From positions 7,993 through 71,992 of the forward strand of contig LBWP01000002.1 in the NCBI GenBank assembly GCA_000993685.1: DNA of 64,000 nt. The letters run 5' to 3'. Below are positions 1-10,582 of this stretch, piece by piece (positions within the stretch are counted from its first letter, which is position 1; every line of letters begins with the position of its first letter). Source of the stretch: Candidatus Woesebacteria bacterium GW2011_GWA1_39_21 (GTDB taxonomy: Bacteria; Patescibacteriota; Microgenomatia; UBA8517). Below the pieces are notes generated by a model. The model was not told where the DNA came from. It saw nothing but the letters and a program-made list of their open reading frames with translations, and made no database searches. The position numbers were made by a program, and so were the translations under genes.

Positions 1-15
1 TGCTATTATTAACAT

Positions 16-468
16 ATGAAAAAGAAGCCTTTTCTAATCATAATTGTTGTTATTGTATTGGTTCTAAGTGGAATTTTTATTTACCAAAGAACTAGTAGAA
101 ATACCGTAGTTACAAACAAGGATTATCCTACTACACAAAATTTCAATTTTTATTCTATAAACGATATAAAACAGAAAAGCTTAGCAAGTGGGACCTATAA
201 CACCGAAGGGTATGTGGTCAAGCAATACGAATGTCCTTTTTGCCCACAAGAAACACAATGTAAACCCTGCATGAGAGATAACATTGTAATTTCAGAAAAT
301 AATAAACTTCTTGATACGTATATATTAACCAACAATGAAATAGTAGTATTTGCAAATAACCCAAAGCAGTTTGAACTAGGTAAAAAGTACAGTTTTTCCG
401 TTAAAATCCTAGACCATAAAAGCACCGATGAGCCGATTAACGATATTGAACTTGTTGGCTACCAGTGA
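16..468 (+). CDS. hypothetical membrane-anchored protein with a Cys cluster
   Basis: The ORF has an N-terminal hydrophobic helix (LIIIVVIVLVLSGIFIY) and a CPFCPQETQCKPC motif. I recognise no family. Confidence 0.35.
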   Translation: MKKKPFLIIIVVIVLVLSGIFIYQRTSRNTVVTNKDYPTTQNFNFYSINDIKQKSLASGTYNTEGYVVKQYECPFCPQETQCKPCMRDNIVISENNKLLDTYILTNNEIVVFANNPKQFELGKKYSFSVKILDHKSTDEPINDIELVGYQ

Positions 469-744
469 ATCTAAGATTTTCTAGTTGTTTTTTGAAATAG
501 GTTCCAACATAGTCAACCAGGCACTGCAGCAGGTCGATGGGCCGGTTTGAGGAGTAAATCATAGGGCTTTTGGTACGTCCACACGAGCTTTTTTGATGTA
601 ACAACAAGTTTCAACTGACTTTTACAACTGCTTTTCGTTTGGTTTCCAAATCATCGCTGTTTAACGTTTCCCGAGCTTGGTGGGCGGTAGTAAAGTAGTC
701 CTCTGAAAATTCTAACCAAGTGCATTGACTGGTGTAATCCATCG

Positions 745-2289
745 TCAGTCTTCTCTTTCGACTTTCCAAATGACCACTTGCTGATTTTTGAAAACTTCTT
801 TAATACTTCGGTAACTAGGCTTATCAAGTCTGGGGAACTGACTCCAAAGTTCGCTTTCGTTTTTCCAGACAACAAAATCGATATTATTTGAGTTTAAAAA
901 CGATCTGGCTTCATTCTCGCTCATTTTATTGTTGAAGAAACTTGTTAATTCTGCAATTTTTTCGACGGAGTTTGGGGTTTGGAAATAATGACCAAAATAA
1001 ACACTATTTCCGCTTATGGCCGGTATGTAGTTTGAAAAGGGATATGTAGCAACAATGTTTTTGGGGTAGTTTTTTTGAAGAAAATCTAATGCCGCCAAAT
1101 CATTTGAGTTCCAGTAGTATGGTGACAACATGTTTTGTACTTTTAGAACCCGATCTAACTGGATGAAAAACGATGTAAAAAAAGATGCTGTCAAAAATAA
1201 AATTGCAATAACCTTTCTAATTCCGTGTGGTAGGCTTTCAAGGAAGGAAGCGGTTAAAAAAGATAACGGAATAAAAATGCCGAGTAGGTAATAGCGTGCG
1301 AAACCAAACGGTAGATATGCCAAGATAATTTGTGAGGAAATCAGAAAGTAAATAAAAAGAAATGAATTATCGGATCTTATTTTCTTTATCTCGGTCACAA
1401 ATGGGATGATAAATATTCCACATCCGAGAAGAAATGAGACAAACACGGGAGTATTTAGAGAGGGGCTTAAAACGCTTTCGAGACCTTTTGCATTTAGGAT
1501 GTATAAAGCATAAGTTCCACCGCAAAGACCAAGAAAGGTAAGGGATAGAATTGTTTTGACCAAATAAGGTAAATATTTATTTTTTAGATAGATGGCTACT
1601 GCGAAAGATAAAACAACAATCGCGTAACTGAGATACAGGTAGGGGTAGATATAACCGGAAAAAAAAAAGAGTAAGGTTGAAAGGGTAATATATTTAAAAC
1701 GCATGGATTTTGTAAATTTGTAAAAAAATGACAGAGATAATATGTACAGACTTAGGGAGAGTGTTGCGTGAGGCCTTTGAAAGACATTAAGAAGCATGAA
1801 TGGTGTTACGGTTAAATCTGCAGAATTTATACCGAAACCATAAACCAACCAACCAAAACCGCCCGCAAAAGCCGCCGTTAATGTTGAGAGTAACGCTGTT
1901 TTGTGTGAAGAAGAAAGCGTTTTGGTGAAATAGTAAATTGAGACAAGGAGAAACGGTACAAATAATAAAGTTGAGATATTGTATAAGATGAAGGGGTTTG
2001 TCGTTCTGAATAACGTTCCAAAAAGCGTATAAATCGGATAGACAATCGTTTTGTTATCACCGGCTTGGGTTGTAAAAAGATTTTTGTATTTGAAGCCGTT
2101 TATCTGTGAATATTTGATGACAGAAACGTAAACATTCACATCCCACGGATCCCAAGTGTAACTATTGCCAGAGTATTTGTGTTGCGTGTCGGATTTTAGA
2201 TAGCCAATGGTGTCGGGGAGAAAAAATAAAAAGGCTATCAACAGTATCACGAGAATTGTTGACAAGTTAATTTTTGAAATAAATCTCAT
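745..2289 (-). CDS. polytopic membrane protein, GT-C-like (ArnT/PMT-type) glycosyltransferase candidate
   Basis: The protein has more than 10 predicted TM helices followed by a soluble C-terminal domain. The track ORF extends to 2505 and would overlap the divergent gene at 2321, so the start was moved to the internal Met of MRFISKINLST (2289). Confidence 0.45.
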   Translation of the reverse strand: MRFISKINLSTILVILLIAFLFFLPDTIGYLKSDTQHKYSGNSYTWDPWDVNVYVSVIKYSQINGFKYKNLFTTQAGDNKTIVYPIYTLFGTLFRTTNPFILYNISTLLFVPFLLVSIYYFTKTLSSSHKTALLSTLTAAFAGGFGWLVYGFGINSADLTVTPFMLLNVFQRPHATLSLSLYILSLSFFYKFTKSMRFKYITLSTLLFFFSGYIYPYLYLSYAIVVLSFAVAIYLKNKYLPYLVKTILSLTFLGLCGGTYALYILNAKGLESVLSPSLNTPVFVSFLLGCGIFIIPFVTEIKKIRSDNSFLFIYFLISSQIILAYLPFGFARYYLLGIFIPLSFLTASFLESLPHGIRKVIAILFLTASFFTSFFIQLDRVLKVQNMLSPYYWNSNDLAALDFLQKNYPKNIVATYPFSNYIPAISGNSVYFGHYFQTPNSVEKIAELTSFFNNKMSENEARSFLNSNNIDFVVWKNESELWSQFPRLDKPSYRSIKEVFKNQQVVIWKVERED

Positions 2290-2320
2290 ACTAGGGAAAT
2301 TATAATGTAAAATACTAAAT

Positions 2321-3910
2321 ATGATAACGTTTGAAGCGTTCAGAAGGTTCAAATCTTTTATCGCGCGTAACCAATTATTCCTTCTTTTTATCCTTACGTA
2401 TTTCACCTTCGTAACATATTTTTTGAGGGGGATTTCGTCACTCGATCCGGATTTTGGCTGGCGCTTGAAATTTGGACAAATGGTTATCGATAGTGGAATT
2501 CCCAAAACTGATCCTTTTTCATATACTATGCCTTCGTTTCCTTTTGTAGATCACTCCTGGCTGTTTAGTGTTTTTGCGGCTTTGACGTATCCGGTTTTCG
2601 CGAATATTCTGCTCTCTCTCTTGTTAGCCTTTGCTATCTTTACGGCCGTTATTTTATCAAACAAGAGATTAAAGGAGAGCGACTTTGGCCACTGCAACCT
2701 CAACTTCCGTTGGGAAAGATGGGTGCACCCAATGACCCTGGCGGTTTTGACATTTCTTTTGTTGTTTTTTGCTGTGAGAGCGCAGATAGTTTCTTGGCTG
2801 ATCTTTTCATTTTTAATGTTAATTCTATTTACAAAGGATTATTACTTTCGCTTTAAATATTTTTTGCCGGTTGTTTTTTTGGTGTGGGCAAATTTCCACG
2901 GCGGCTATTCAATCGGGCTTTTTATTTTGGGGTATTTTCTTGCGTTTAGATATTTAATTAATAAAAAAGGTTCTTGGAAGGATGTGTTGGTTTTGTTTTT
3001 GTGCATTGCCGCTACTTTGGTTACACCTTATGGACTTGCCGGCTGGAGGGAAGTGGCTTCTTCGGTTTTGGACTCAAGGCTGCGTTACACAATTGCGGAG
3101 TGGATGCCGTCGGTGACGTTTTTTGACTTGTCGATGATTTTTTACATTTCGATGTCGACCTTTATGGTTTTTTACAAAAGGCGTGAAATTCCAAAAATCC
3201 AATTTTATCTTTTTTGGGCGCTGTTTATTTTTGCCTTGAGTAGTCGACGCAACATGCCATATTTTATGTTGTATTCACTTCCATTGACGGTTGTTGCGGT
3301 CGAAAAGCTGTATCAGGAGGTTAAAGATAAAAGTGTTGGGAGAGAGCGCTTTTCGATCGCTTTTAATTTTTTAAGAATCTTTGCTGTTATCCTCCTTTTT
3401 GGCCAGCTATATTTTAGTTACTGGAGGGCATATACGCAGAGGGGTGTTCCATCCCGGGGGGGAGGTTTTTACCCCGAGAGCGCTGTTTCCTTCTTAAAAT
3501 CGGAAAATCTTTCCGACGAAACCTTTTCCAGTTATGGGTGGGGTGGTTATCTTATTTGGAAACTGCCCGGTAAGAGAATTTTTGTCGACGGGAGAATGCC
3601 GAGTTGGAAATTTAACCCGGCCGACTCAAGTCGCGAAACAACATCCGCGTACAGTGACTACCTAAATATCGAAAATGGCGAGTTGGACTTCAACTCACAG
3701 GCAAACAAATACTCCATTGGCCATGTCTTATGGCCTGTGGAAAAACCCAGTTTTTTCGGAAGTCTTGGAAAGAAGGCGAGAAAGCTATTTACCACGAGTG
3801 AAAAAGCAGATTTTTCTTTTACAAAATATCTGTTAGAGAACGGTTGGAAAATAATCTACTCGGACGAAACCTCCGTTGTTTACAAAAGGATTGATAAGTC
3901 GACGTGGTAA
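2321..3910 (+). CDS. polytopic membrane protein with C-terminal soluble domain, GT-C-like glycosyltransferase candidate
   Basis: It has multiple TM helices, an early DP/DH loop motif (SLDPDFGW, FVDHSW) and a ~150-aa C-terminal hydrophilic domain. It is divergent to the previous gene. Confidence 0.45.
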   Translation: MITFEAFRRFKSFIARNQLFLLFILTYFTFVTYFLRGISSLDPDFGWRLKFGQMVIDSGIPKTDPFSYTMPSFPFVDHSWLFSVFAALTYPVFANILLSLLLAFAIFTAVILSNKRLKESDFGHCNLNFRWERWVHPMTLAVLTFLLLFFAVRAQIVSWLIFSFLMLILFTKDYYFRFKYFLPVVFLVWANFHGGYSIGLFILGYFLAFRYLINKKGSWKDVLVLFLCIAATLVTPYGLAGWREVASSVLDSRLRYTIAEWMPSVTFFDLSMIFYISMSTFMVFYKRREIPKIQFYLFWALFIFALSSRRNMPYFMLYSLPLTVVAVEKLYQEVKDKSVGRERFSIAFNFLRIFAVILLFGQLYFSYWRAYTQRGVPSRGGGFYPESAVSFLKSENLSDETFSSYGWGGYLIWKLPGKRIFVDGRMPSWKFNPADSSRETTSAYSDYLNIENGELDFNSQANKYSIGHVLWPVEKPSFFGSLGKKARKLFTTSEKADFSFTKYLLENGWKIIYSDETSVVYKRIDKSTW

Positions 3911-3924
3911 CTTATGGGGTATAA

Positions 3925-5706
3925 TTGAAGGCAATGGCGGGAACTGTTGAGGAAATAAAAGCAAAAGCTGATATTGTTCAAATCATATCGGAAAGAATTA
4001 ACGTAAAAAAAGCTGGAAAACATTTTAAGGCACTTTGTCCGTTCCACGGAGAAAAAACACCTTCTTTTATGATTTCACCGGAGTTGCAGATTTATAAATG
4101 CTTTGGCTGTAGTTTGGGTGGTGATGTGATCGACTTTTTGGAAAGGTATGAAGGAATGGATTTTAACGAGGCAGTGGAGTACCTTTCAGAAAGAACGGGA
4201 ATCAAGCTTGAATCGAGTTTTTTTCAACCTAAAAAAGACAGGGAAAAGATTGTTGAAATAAACGAGCTCGCTTCGAAGTACTACCAATATCTTCTCCTTA
4301 AACACAAGCTTGGTAAGGAGGCCCTAGCGTATTTGTTAGAAAAACGTAAATTGACGATTGCGACAATTCAAAAATTCAGAATTGGATATTCGCCGGGCAA
4401 TCAAGAAATTTTCGAATCCTTCTTTATCAAAAAAAAAGGCATCCGAGTTCGCGATTTGGCCATGGCGGGTATTTGTTACGAGAAGTATGGTAAAGCAATT
4501 GATAGGTTTTCAGGAAGAGTTATTTTTCCGCTTTTTGACCATCGTAACAATGTTGTAGGTTTTTCTGGAAGGGTGATGCCGGGCTCCAGCCAAGAACTTG
4601 CCAAATATATCAACACCCCCGAAACGCCTGCGTACCATAAATCCGAGGTCTTGTTTGGGTTGAATTTTACTAAAGAGGAAATCAAAAAGAGTGCTTTTGC
4701 GATAATTACAGAAGGCGAGCTCGATGCAATTTCACCCTGGCAAAGGGGGGTAAAAAACATCGTTGCAATTAAGGGTTCGGCCTTGACCGAAGCGCATGCG
4801 CATCTTCTCTCGCGCTTTACAAAAAATATTACATTGGCACTCGATGCTGATTTTGCCGGAAATGCCGCCGCGAAAAGGGGAATAGAAATTGCCCAACGCC
4901 TGGGTTTAAAAGTAAAAGTAGCAGTGCTTAAGGGTTACAAAGATCCGGACGAAATGGCGCTTGTTGGGATCGAGAAGTTTTCTGACTGCGTCAAGAAAGC
5001 AGTTTCGGTATACGACTTTATTATCGGTTCCGCAATGGAAAAGTATGACAGGCAGACGATTGAGGGAAAGATGGATATTGCAAGGGAGGCAATTCCGTTT
5101 CTGGCGAAGATTGAGGATGAAATTGTTAAAGCGTACTATATTGAGAGTTTGTCGAAGAAACTTGGAGTTCCATACGAATCCGTGTATTCGGAGGTGGAAA
5201 AAAACAGAATTTCAAAAATTGGAAAACAGGACGAGAAGCGTATCGACGATCCCGTTGCTAGAAAAAGAAGAGATAGAGTGGAAGAGATGTTTTTGGTTTT
5301 ACTTTTGCTTGAGCAGCCAGAAAAAGTAAAAGAGTATGCGCTCTATTTCAAGTCGACCTTCATTTCTAAGGTTGTTGACACGCTTGGAGTTTTTCTGAAG
5401 AAAAAAGTCTTTGATATCCGAGGTTTTGTCCAGAATCTGCCGGATGAGCTTAAAGATAAGTTTAATGATATTTACCTAATCAACAGTTCCGAATTTGATA
5501 ATCTTACTTCGTTGGAGGTGAAAAAGGAAATTGAGTTGTTGAGAAAGACGCTTGAGCTAATTACTATTTCGGAAAAGCAGAATGAGATTATAGAACGAAT
5601 CAAAAAAAGTGAGAAAAATAAAGACAAAGACGACGTTAAAAAATATCAGAAACAGTTAAACGATTTAGTGAAAACGAAACTGAGACTTGAAGGTAAGGCA
5701 AGCTAG
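3925..5706 (+). CDS. dnaG: DNA primase
   Basis: A CHC2 zinc finger (CPFHGEKTPSF...CFGCSLGGD) is present. The TOPRIM region (ITEGELDAIS, ALDADFAGN) is present. The gene sits upstream of rpoD in the macromolecular-synthesis arrangement. Confidence 0.9.
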   Translation: MKAMAGTVEEIKAKADIVQIISERINVKKAGKHFKALCPFHGEKTPSFMISPELQIYKCFGCSLGGDVIDFLERYEGMDFNEAVEYLSERTGIKLESSFFQPKKDREKIVEINELASKYYQYLLLKHKLGKEALAYLLEKRKLTIATIQKFRIGYSPGNQEIFESFFIKKKGIRVRDLAMAGICYEKYGKAIDRFSGRVIFPLFDHRNNVVGFSGRVMPGSSQELAKYINTPETPAYHKSEVLFGLNFTKEEIKKSAFAIITEGELDAISPWQRGVKNIVAIKGSALTEAHAHLLSRFTKNITLALDADFAGNAAAKRGIEIAQRLGLKVKVAVLKGYKDPDEMALVGIEKFSDCVKKAVSVYDFIIGSAMEKYDRQTIEGKMDIAREAIPFLAKIEDEIVKAYYIESLSKKLGVPYESVYSEVEKNRISKIGKQDEKRIDDPVARKRRDRVEEMFLVLLLLEQPEKVKEYALYFKSTFISKVVDTLGVFLKKKVFDIRGFVQNLPDELKDKFNDIYLINSSEFDNLTSLEVKKEIELLRKTLELITISEKQNEIIERIKKSEKNKDKDDVKKYQKQLNDLVKTKLRLEGKAS

Positions 5707-5741
5707 AAATTATTATTAATTGAATAATAGAGTATTTTGAG

Positions 5742-5950
5742 TATAATACTATAGCGACATTCAGAAGCACCGTGGTAATGTCCCTGGGTGGATTGAACGT
5801 AGATATTCCTCCTTTGGGGTCGTCCCGACGAAGTCGGGTAGGAGAGTATCAGTAAAGTGAGGTTTTCCTAATGACACTGGTGGGGGACGTCATAAAATCG
5901 GCTTTAGCGCGCCCCTCTCTGGCATTGGCAAGGTGGTTGCGTTTTTACAT
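5742..5950 (+). ncRNA. candidate structured RNA or long rpoD leader
   Basis: There is a -35/-10-like pair (ttgaat ... tataat at 5720-5747). A nested GC-rich hairpin follows (cctcc-ttggggtcgtcccgac-gaa-gtcgggta-ggag). It ends in a weak hairpin plus T-run (gcaaggtggttgcgttttt). No ORF longer than 21 aa is present. Confidence 0.25.
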
Positions 5951-6002
5951 AAAGACGGTAGTGTTAAAGTAAGGTTTTGTTTTCTTCAGAAATATTTCAT
6001 TT

Positions 6003-7082
6003 ATGATCAGACAAGAAGTCGGAGAGCTTATTAAACACGCACGAGAGCAGGGGTTTCTGACTCAAGACGAAATTCTTGAGGTTTTTTTTGACGCAGAAGA
6101 TAGGTTAGAAGAGCTGGATAATCTTTACGACAGCCTTCTGTCTGAAGGGATCGACGTTTTTGAGTCGGTCGAGGCAGAGGAAACAGAAAGCGAAGAGAAA
6201 GCAAAAGAAAAACTCGAGCGGGAAATTGAGATTTTAACAAAACTAACCGGAGCTGAGTCAACCGACCCCGTTAGGCAATATTTGAGGGAGATCGGAAAGG
6301 TGTCGCTTTTGACGGCTGAAGATGAGGTTGAGTTGGCGAAGCGCTACGAGAAAGGCGAGAAATACTCCAAAGACAAGTTGACAGAATCAAACCTGCGTTT
6401 GGTTGTTTCCATTGCTAAAAAATATATAGGAAGAGGACTTTCACTACTGGATCTTATTCAAGAAGGCAACCAGGGCTTGATCCGCGCTGTGGAAAAATAC
6501 AATTGGCGCAAAGGCTTTAAATTTTCAACGTATGCGACATGGTGGATCAGACAGGCAATCACTCGAGCGATTGCCGATCAGGCAAGGACGATCAGAATCC
6601 CCGTCCACATGGTCGAGACAATTAACAAGCTTTACCGTACATCACGGAGGTTGATGCAAACACTTGGTCGTGAACCAACGTCTGAAGAAATTGGTGACGA
6701 GGTGGGTATTGAGTCAGATCGCGTCAGAGAAATTTTCAAAATTGCACAAGAAGTGACTTCTTTGGAGGCGCCGGTCGGCGAGGATAAAGAAAGCTTTTTG
6801 GGTGACTTCATTCCGGATGAATCACAGCTTTCTCCGGTTGACGCCGCATCAAAACAACTTTTAAAAGACCACCTGGAAGAAGTTTTAAAGACACTTTCAG
6901 AACGGGAGGCAAAGGTGTTGAAGCTGCGATTCGGACTTGAAGGGACAAAATCAATGACTTTGGAAGAAGTAGGAAAAGTTTTTGGAGTAACCCGCGAGAG
7001 AATCCGGCAAATTGAAGCTAAAGCTTTAAGGAAACTCAAGCATCCCAGTCGCAGAAAGAAATTACAAGACTATCTGGAATGA
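6003..7082 (+). CDS. rpoD: RNA polymerase sigma-70 factor (primary sigma)
   Basis: Region 2 is canonical ([54 protein letters not shown]). The region 4 HTH ([26 protein letters not shown]) is also present. Confidence 0.9.
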   Translation: MIRQEVGELIKHAREQGFLTQDEILEVFFDAEDRLEELDNLYDSLLSEGIDVFESVEAEETESEEKAKEKLEREIEILTKLTGAESTDPVRQYLREIGKVSLLTAEDEVELAKRYEKGEKYSKDKLTESNLRLVVSIAKKYIGRGLSLLDLIQEGNQGLIRAVEKYNWRKGFKFSTYATWWIRQAITRAIADQARTIRIPVHMVETINKLYRTSRRLMQTLGREPTSEEIGDEVGIESDRVREIFKIAQEVTSLEAPVGEDKESFLGDFIPDESQLSPVDAASKQLLKDHLEEVLKTLSEREAKVLKLRFGLEGTKSMTLEEVGKVFGVTRERIRQIEAKALRKLKHPSRRKKLQDYLE

Positions 7083-7091
7083 AGAAAACAA

Positions 7092-7134
7092 GACGGGTTT
7101 ATCCGTCGCAGCCCCGCACTTTTAGGGTGCGGGA
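7092..7134 (+). terminator. tandem hairpins downstream of rpoD (putative terminator)
   Basis: Hairpins gacgggtttatccgtc and cccgcac-ttttag-gtgcggg are present. No clean T-tract follows on the + strand. Confidence 0.35.
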
Positions 7135-7181
7135 AAACTTCAGGATTACCTGGAATAAGAATTTGATAGTATTATTGGTTA

Positions 7182-8357
7182 ATGTCGGTTAAAAGATATC
7201 TCTTAGCAACCTCTCTTTTCATCTATGCAGTGTTGATTGTTTTTATTTATTGTTATTACTTTACGCGCCCATATTTTCTAATCCAGACGGATCTAGTCAG
7301 TTTTTTGACCGGCGCAAAAATAGTAAGTGATGGTAAAAGCGATCTTTTATATAACACCAGTACACAGCTTACGTACCAAAACAGTCTCGTTTCAGAGTAT
7401 GGCAAAAAGCTTCTCTTGCCATTTAGAAATTTACCGATGATGGCGAGTTTGTATCAGCCGCTTCTTTCCTTAAACTTAAGAGACTCTTTTCTTTTAGTAT
7501 TTTTCCTAAACACATTGTTACTTCTGGTGTTTTATCTGGTTTTCATCCATTTCTATCCGGAGTTAAAAAGGTACAAATATTTATTTTTTTTAACACTTCT
7601 TTTTTACCCTTCTGCATCTAACCTGATTGTCGGGCAGTATACTCCGTTGATTTTATTAACACTCCTTTGTGTTTACCTGTCGATCAAAAGTGAAAAAGCC
7701 TTTTTGACGGGTTTTGCGACGTCAATTCTTGCTATTAAATCGCAGTATCTACTTTTTCTCCCTTTTTCCCTCATTTTAACCAAGGACAAAAGAAGATATT
7801 TTTTGGGTGCGTTTGTCGGTCTAACACTGTTTTTGCTTTTAAATATTGTTGCAGCTAGAGGAATAAACCCGATTCTTGACTATCCAAAATTCATACTCGA
7901 AACCGAGAGCTCTGCGTACGGCAGTAGGCCGTATCAGATGTTTACATTGACCGGAGTGATTAAACAATTTTTTCCCAAAATCTCGAGTCTCGTCGCAATC
8001 GCAATTAATCTGTTTTTGTATACCTTAAGCGTTCTCTTTTTGTTTAAAATGAGGGCGACGAAAGACTTGGAGGCGATATTTTCTGTGGGTATTGTGCTTA
8101 CGGTTTTATTTTCGGTTCATGCGTTGGCACACGATCTACTTGTTTTGTTAATTCCGCTATTTTTATATCTTGCTTCTGAAAAAAAAGGAAGTGGTTTGAT
8201 AGCTGGATGTATTTTTGTCGTATCCGGTGTTTTTTCTTTATTGGATAACGCAACGGCCTCGGTTGTTTTAATGGTTATTCTTAGTGTCTTGATTTTGGCG
8301 AAGTCGATATTCCGCAAGGGAAAGTTTTCAGTTTTTTGTTTTCCTAAGTACTTCTAA
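7182..8357 (+). CDS. polytopic membrane protein (DUF2029/GT87-like candidate)
   Basis: About 10 TM helices are predicted. There are no soluble catalytic motifs. Architecture resembles the neighbouring GT-C-like proteins. Confidence 0.4.
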   Translation: MSVKRYLLATSLFIYAVLIVFIYCYYFTRPYFLIQTDLVSFLTGAKIVSDGKSDLLYNTSTQLTYQNSLVSEYGKKLLLPFRNLPMMASLYQPLLSLNLRDSFLLVFFLNTLLLLVFYLVFIHFYPELKRYKYLFFLTLLFYPSASNLIVGQYTPLILLTLLCVYLSIKSEKAFLTGFATSILAIKSQYLLFLPFSLILTKDKRRYFLGAFVGLTLFLLLNIVAARGINPILDYPKFILETESSAYGSRPYQMFTLTGVIKQFFPKISSLVAIAINLFLYTLSVLFLFKMRATKDLEAIFSVGIVLTVLFSVHALAHDLLVLLIPLFLYLASEKKGSGLIAGCIFVVSGVFSLLDNATASVVLMVILSVLILAKSIFRKGKFSVFCFPKYF

Positions 8358-8467
8358 AAGTTGAGATTGGAATTTATTGATAAACTTCTTGTCGCGTATC
8401 GTTTTATCTGATTTTTTCAGAAAATGTTTGACCATTTGAGGGTTTGTTAGGTGTAAGATTTTTAGTC

Positions 8468-9616
8468 TTATATGATTAAAATCCCTATACTCCAAGCCAT
8501 CATAAAAACGACTTGTATGGGAATTAAAAATATTGTGAGTAGCTTTTTAGAGATGCTGTTTTCGGCAACAAGTGCCAGTGCTAAAAAAAGTGGAAAGACT
8601 GCCGCCGACATCCTCGGAATTCCGATTGCGATTTCAACACCGTTGACTAAAGGTATCCCAACTACAATCAGAGAAAGCATCAAATATTCCAAGACATTGC
8701 TTTTAAGATAGGCGTGCAGGAGTAAAATTATCTCCAAGATTGTAAATATTCCGATAACCATTGTGGCTTCGGTTGTAGATAAAAGTTCATACAAGACTAT
8801 AAGTGGGTTTGAAAAAACCGCACCCCATGGCGCGTGCGAAAAAGCTAAAGGGTTCCCAGTCAAAAAATACAGATATGTGGAAAATAGAATTAAACCGGCT
8901 GCGTAGAGAAATAAATAAATTGAATTTTTATGGATCTTAAACCCGTTTTGTTTAATATAAAGATAGGCAATCGGCAACAGACAAAAAACACCGGTAGGAC
9001 GGGTTAGTGAAAGTAAAAACCCCGAAAAGCCACAGAGTGCCCAGTTGTTTTTTCTCGCGAAATAAAAACATAAAATGGTCAAAAGTAAAAAAAGCGACTC
9101 CGAAAAAATGCCTGACAGTACGAAAGCAGTGGGGAAGAGAAAGAGAAAAAGAAGACTTTGTTTTGCAACCTTTTCATTAAAAGTCAAAAGTGCAAGTTTA
9201 TAAAGATAGATGGCAGAAAAGATTAAACTGATATTTGACAGTAAAAGTCCGGCAAGATAGTAATTGTTAATCACTCTTCCAAGCAGACCGACAGAAACGG
9301 GGTATAAAGGGAAGAAAGCGGTATTCGTTTGATTGCAACAAGCCTTGGGAAGTTGCGAAGGTTCAGTCGAATACCCATTTTGTGCAACGTCCAGATACCA
9401 CGCCGAATCCCAAACGCTCCAAAGGTCCAACCATTGTGTTTTGGCGATTTTCCACTCATACCAGTTTTCATATACACTGGTAAAAACGTTTCTTGAGACT
9501 AACCCTGAGAAGACGAGAGTAATTCTGGTGATAAAAAAAAGAATCAATATAAAACCAAGTATCTTTAATGGTACAAAACGGTCAACTTTTTTAGAAATCT
9601 CTGTTATGATTTTCAT
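8468..9616 (-). CDS. polytopic membrane protein, GT-C-like mannosyltransferase candidate
   Basis: Multiple TM helices are predicted. A loop motif WLDLWSVWDSAWYLD is typical of lipid-linked-sugar-using glycosyltransferases. Confidence 0.4.
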   Translation of the reverse strand: MKIITEISKKVDRFVPLKILGFILILFFITRITLVFSGLVSRNVFTSVYENWYEWKIAKTQWLDLWSVWDSAWYLDVAQNGYSTEPSQLPKACCNQTNTAFFPLYPVSVGLLGRVINNYYLAGLLLSNISLIFSAIYLYKLALLTFNEKVAKQSLLFLFLFPTAFVLSGIFSESLFLLLTILCFYFARKNNWALCGFSGFLLSLTRPTGVFCLLPIAYLYIKQNGFKIHKNSIYLFLYAAGLILFSTYLYFLTGNPLAFSHAPWGAVFSNPLIVLYELLSTTEATMVIGIFTILEIILLLHAYLKSNVLEYLMLSLIVVGIPLVNGVEIAIGIPRMSAAVFPLFLALALVAENSISKKLLTIFLIPIQVVFMMAWSIGILII

Positions 9617-9625
9617 ACCAGGATT

Positions 9626-10582
9626 TTACTTGTCATTTGTGGCAACAACAAGCAGGTCCTCGCCAGAATCCGAAAAATATAGCAACAAGTTAATTAAAAA
9701 CACGGGAAGTGTAAGAAGTGCAAAGAGTAAAATGTGAGGCAATGTGTTCTTTCGAGATGTGTTTCCTTGAATAAGATTGAAAAAGACACTGTCGGTTTTT
9801 GTTATCCAGCTAACAATGCTTTGGACAGAGGTAAAGGTTGAATATTCCAACGAAAAAGTGTGAACTTTTTGAATTTTAAAACCGTGGCTTTGTAATAAAC
9901 CGCATAAAGACATTTTATTAAAAAAGTACAAGTGGTATTTTAAATCCAAACCTAACCAGTACTCTTGACAAAATCTTCTTGTCCACGAGTCGAAATTTGG
10001 CACCTCAATCACGACGTGTCCATCTTTTTTTAATAAGCTTTTTATTTTTACAATATATTCTTCCGGGTATTTGACATGTTCGAGAACGTGCAGAATTGTT
10101 ACAAAGTCAAAACTGTTTTTTGGAAGGTTCAGATCTAGTAGATCTTTGTCATAAATTTCCAATTTGAGGACATTTTTTGAGAAGTTGTAAGCATGTTTTT
10201 CGATTTGTGTTCCGACGGTTTTGTCATAATTGAAATATTTTCGTAAAAAGAGTAGGGTGTAACCGCGGCCACTGCCGATGTCGAGGATCTTTTTTGCGTG
10301 AGGGTCGATTGTGAAGAGTTTAAAAGCACGGAAGAGCCTGAACGCTTTTACGATAAACTCTATTCCAAAACGGAATCTAATTGGAGTTTCGTTTTGATAA
10401 TAATTTACATAAACAGAATTCGGGTCAACAGATTTGAATTTGGCGGAAAAAATTATCCCGCACTCGAGGCACCTGTTGAGTTGATATCGTCCATAGGAAT
10501 GAATTGTTTTGCTATAGGTGTGTTGACAAATATGATCTTTACTTTTTGTAAAAGATTTTGCTCGAATAGATTTTTGAGACAT
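9626..10582 (-). CDS. class I SAM-dependent methyltransferase with N-terminal zinc ribbon
   Basis: Motif I is LDIGSGRGYTLLFL. An N-terminal CxxC zinc ribbon (CLECGIIFS) is present. The start was trimmed to the internal Met to avoid a ~200 nt overlap with the upstream GT2 gene. Confidence 0.65.
   Translation of the reverse strand: MSQKSIRAKSFTKSKDHICQHTYSKTIHSYGRYQLNRCLECGIIFSAKFKSVDPNSVYVNYYQNETPIRFRFGIEFIVKAFRLFRAFKLFTIDPHAKKILDIGSGRGYTLLFLRKYFNYDKTVGTQIEKHAYNFSKNVLKLEIYDKDLLDLNLPKNSFDFVTILHVLEHVKYPEEYIVKIKSLLKKDGHVVIEVPNFDSWTRRFCQEYWLGLDLKYHLYFFNKMSLCGLLQSHGFKIQKVHTFSLEYSTFTSVQSIVSWITKTDSVFFNLIQGNTSRKNTLPHILLFALLTLPVFLINLLLYFSDSGEDLLVVATNDK

Noticed and set aside
4358-5329. Track ORFs nested in other frames of dnaG (4358-4558+, 4476-4760-, 4961-5329+)
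   Set aside because: They lie entirely inside the high-confidence dnaG CDS and have no motifs. They are spurious frame artefacts. The same reasoning applies to other short ORFs nested within rpoD, PBPs, RNRs, ftsH, purA and the ligase.
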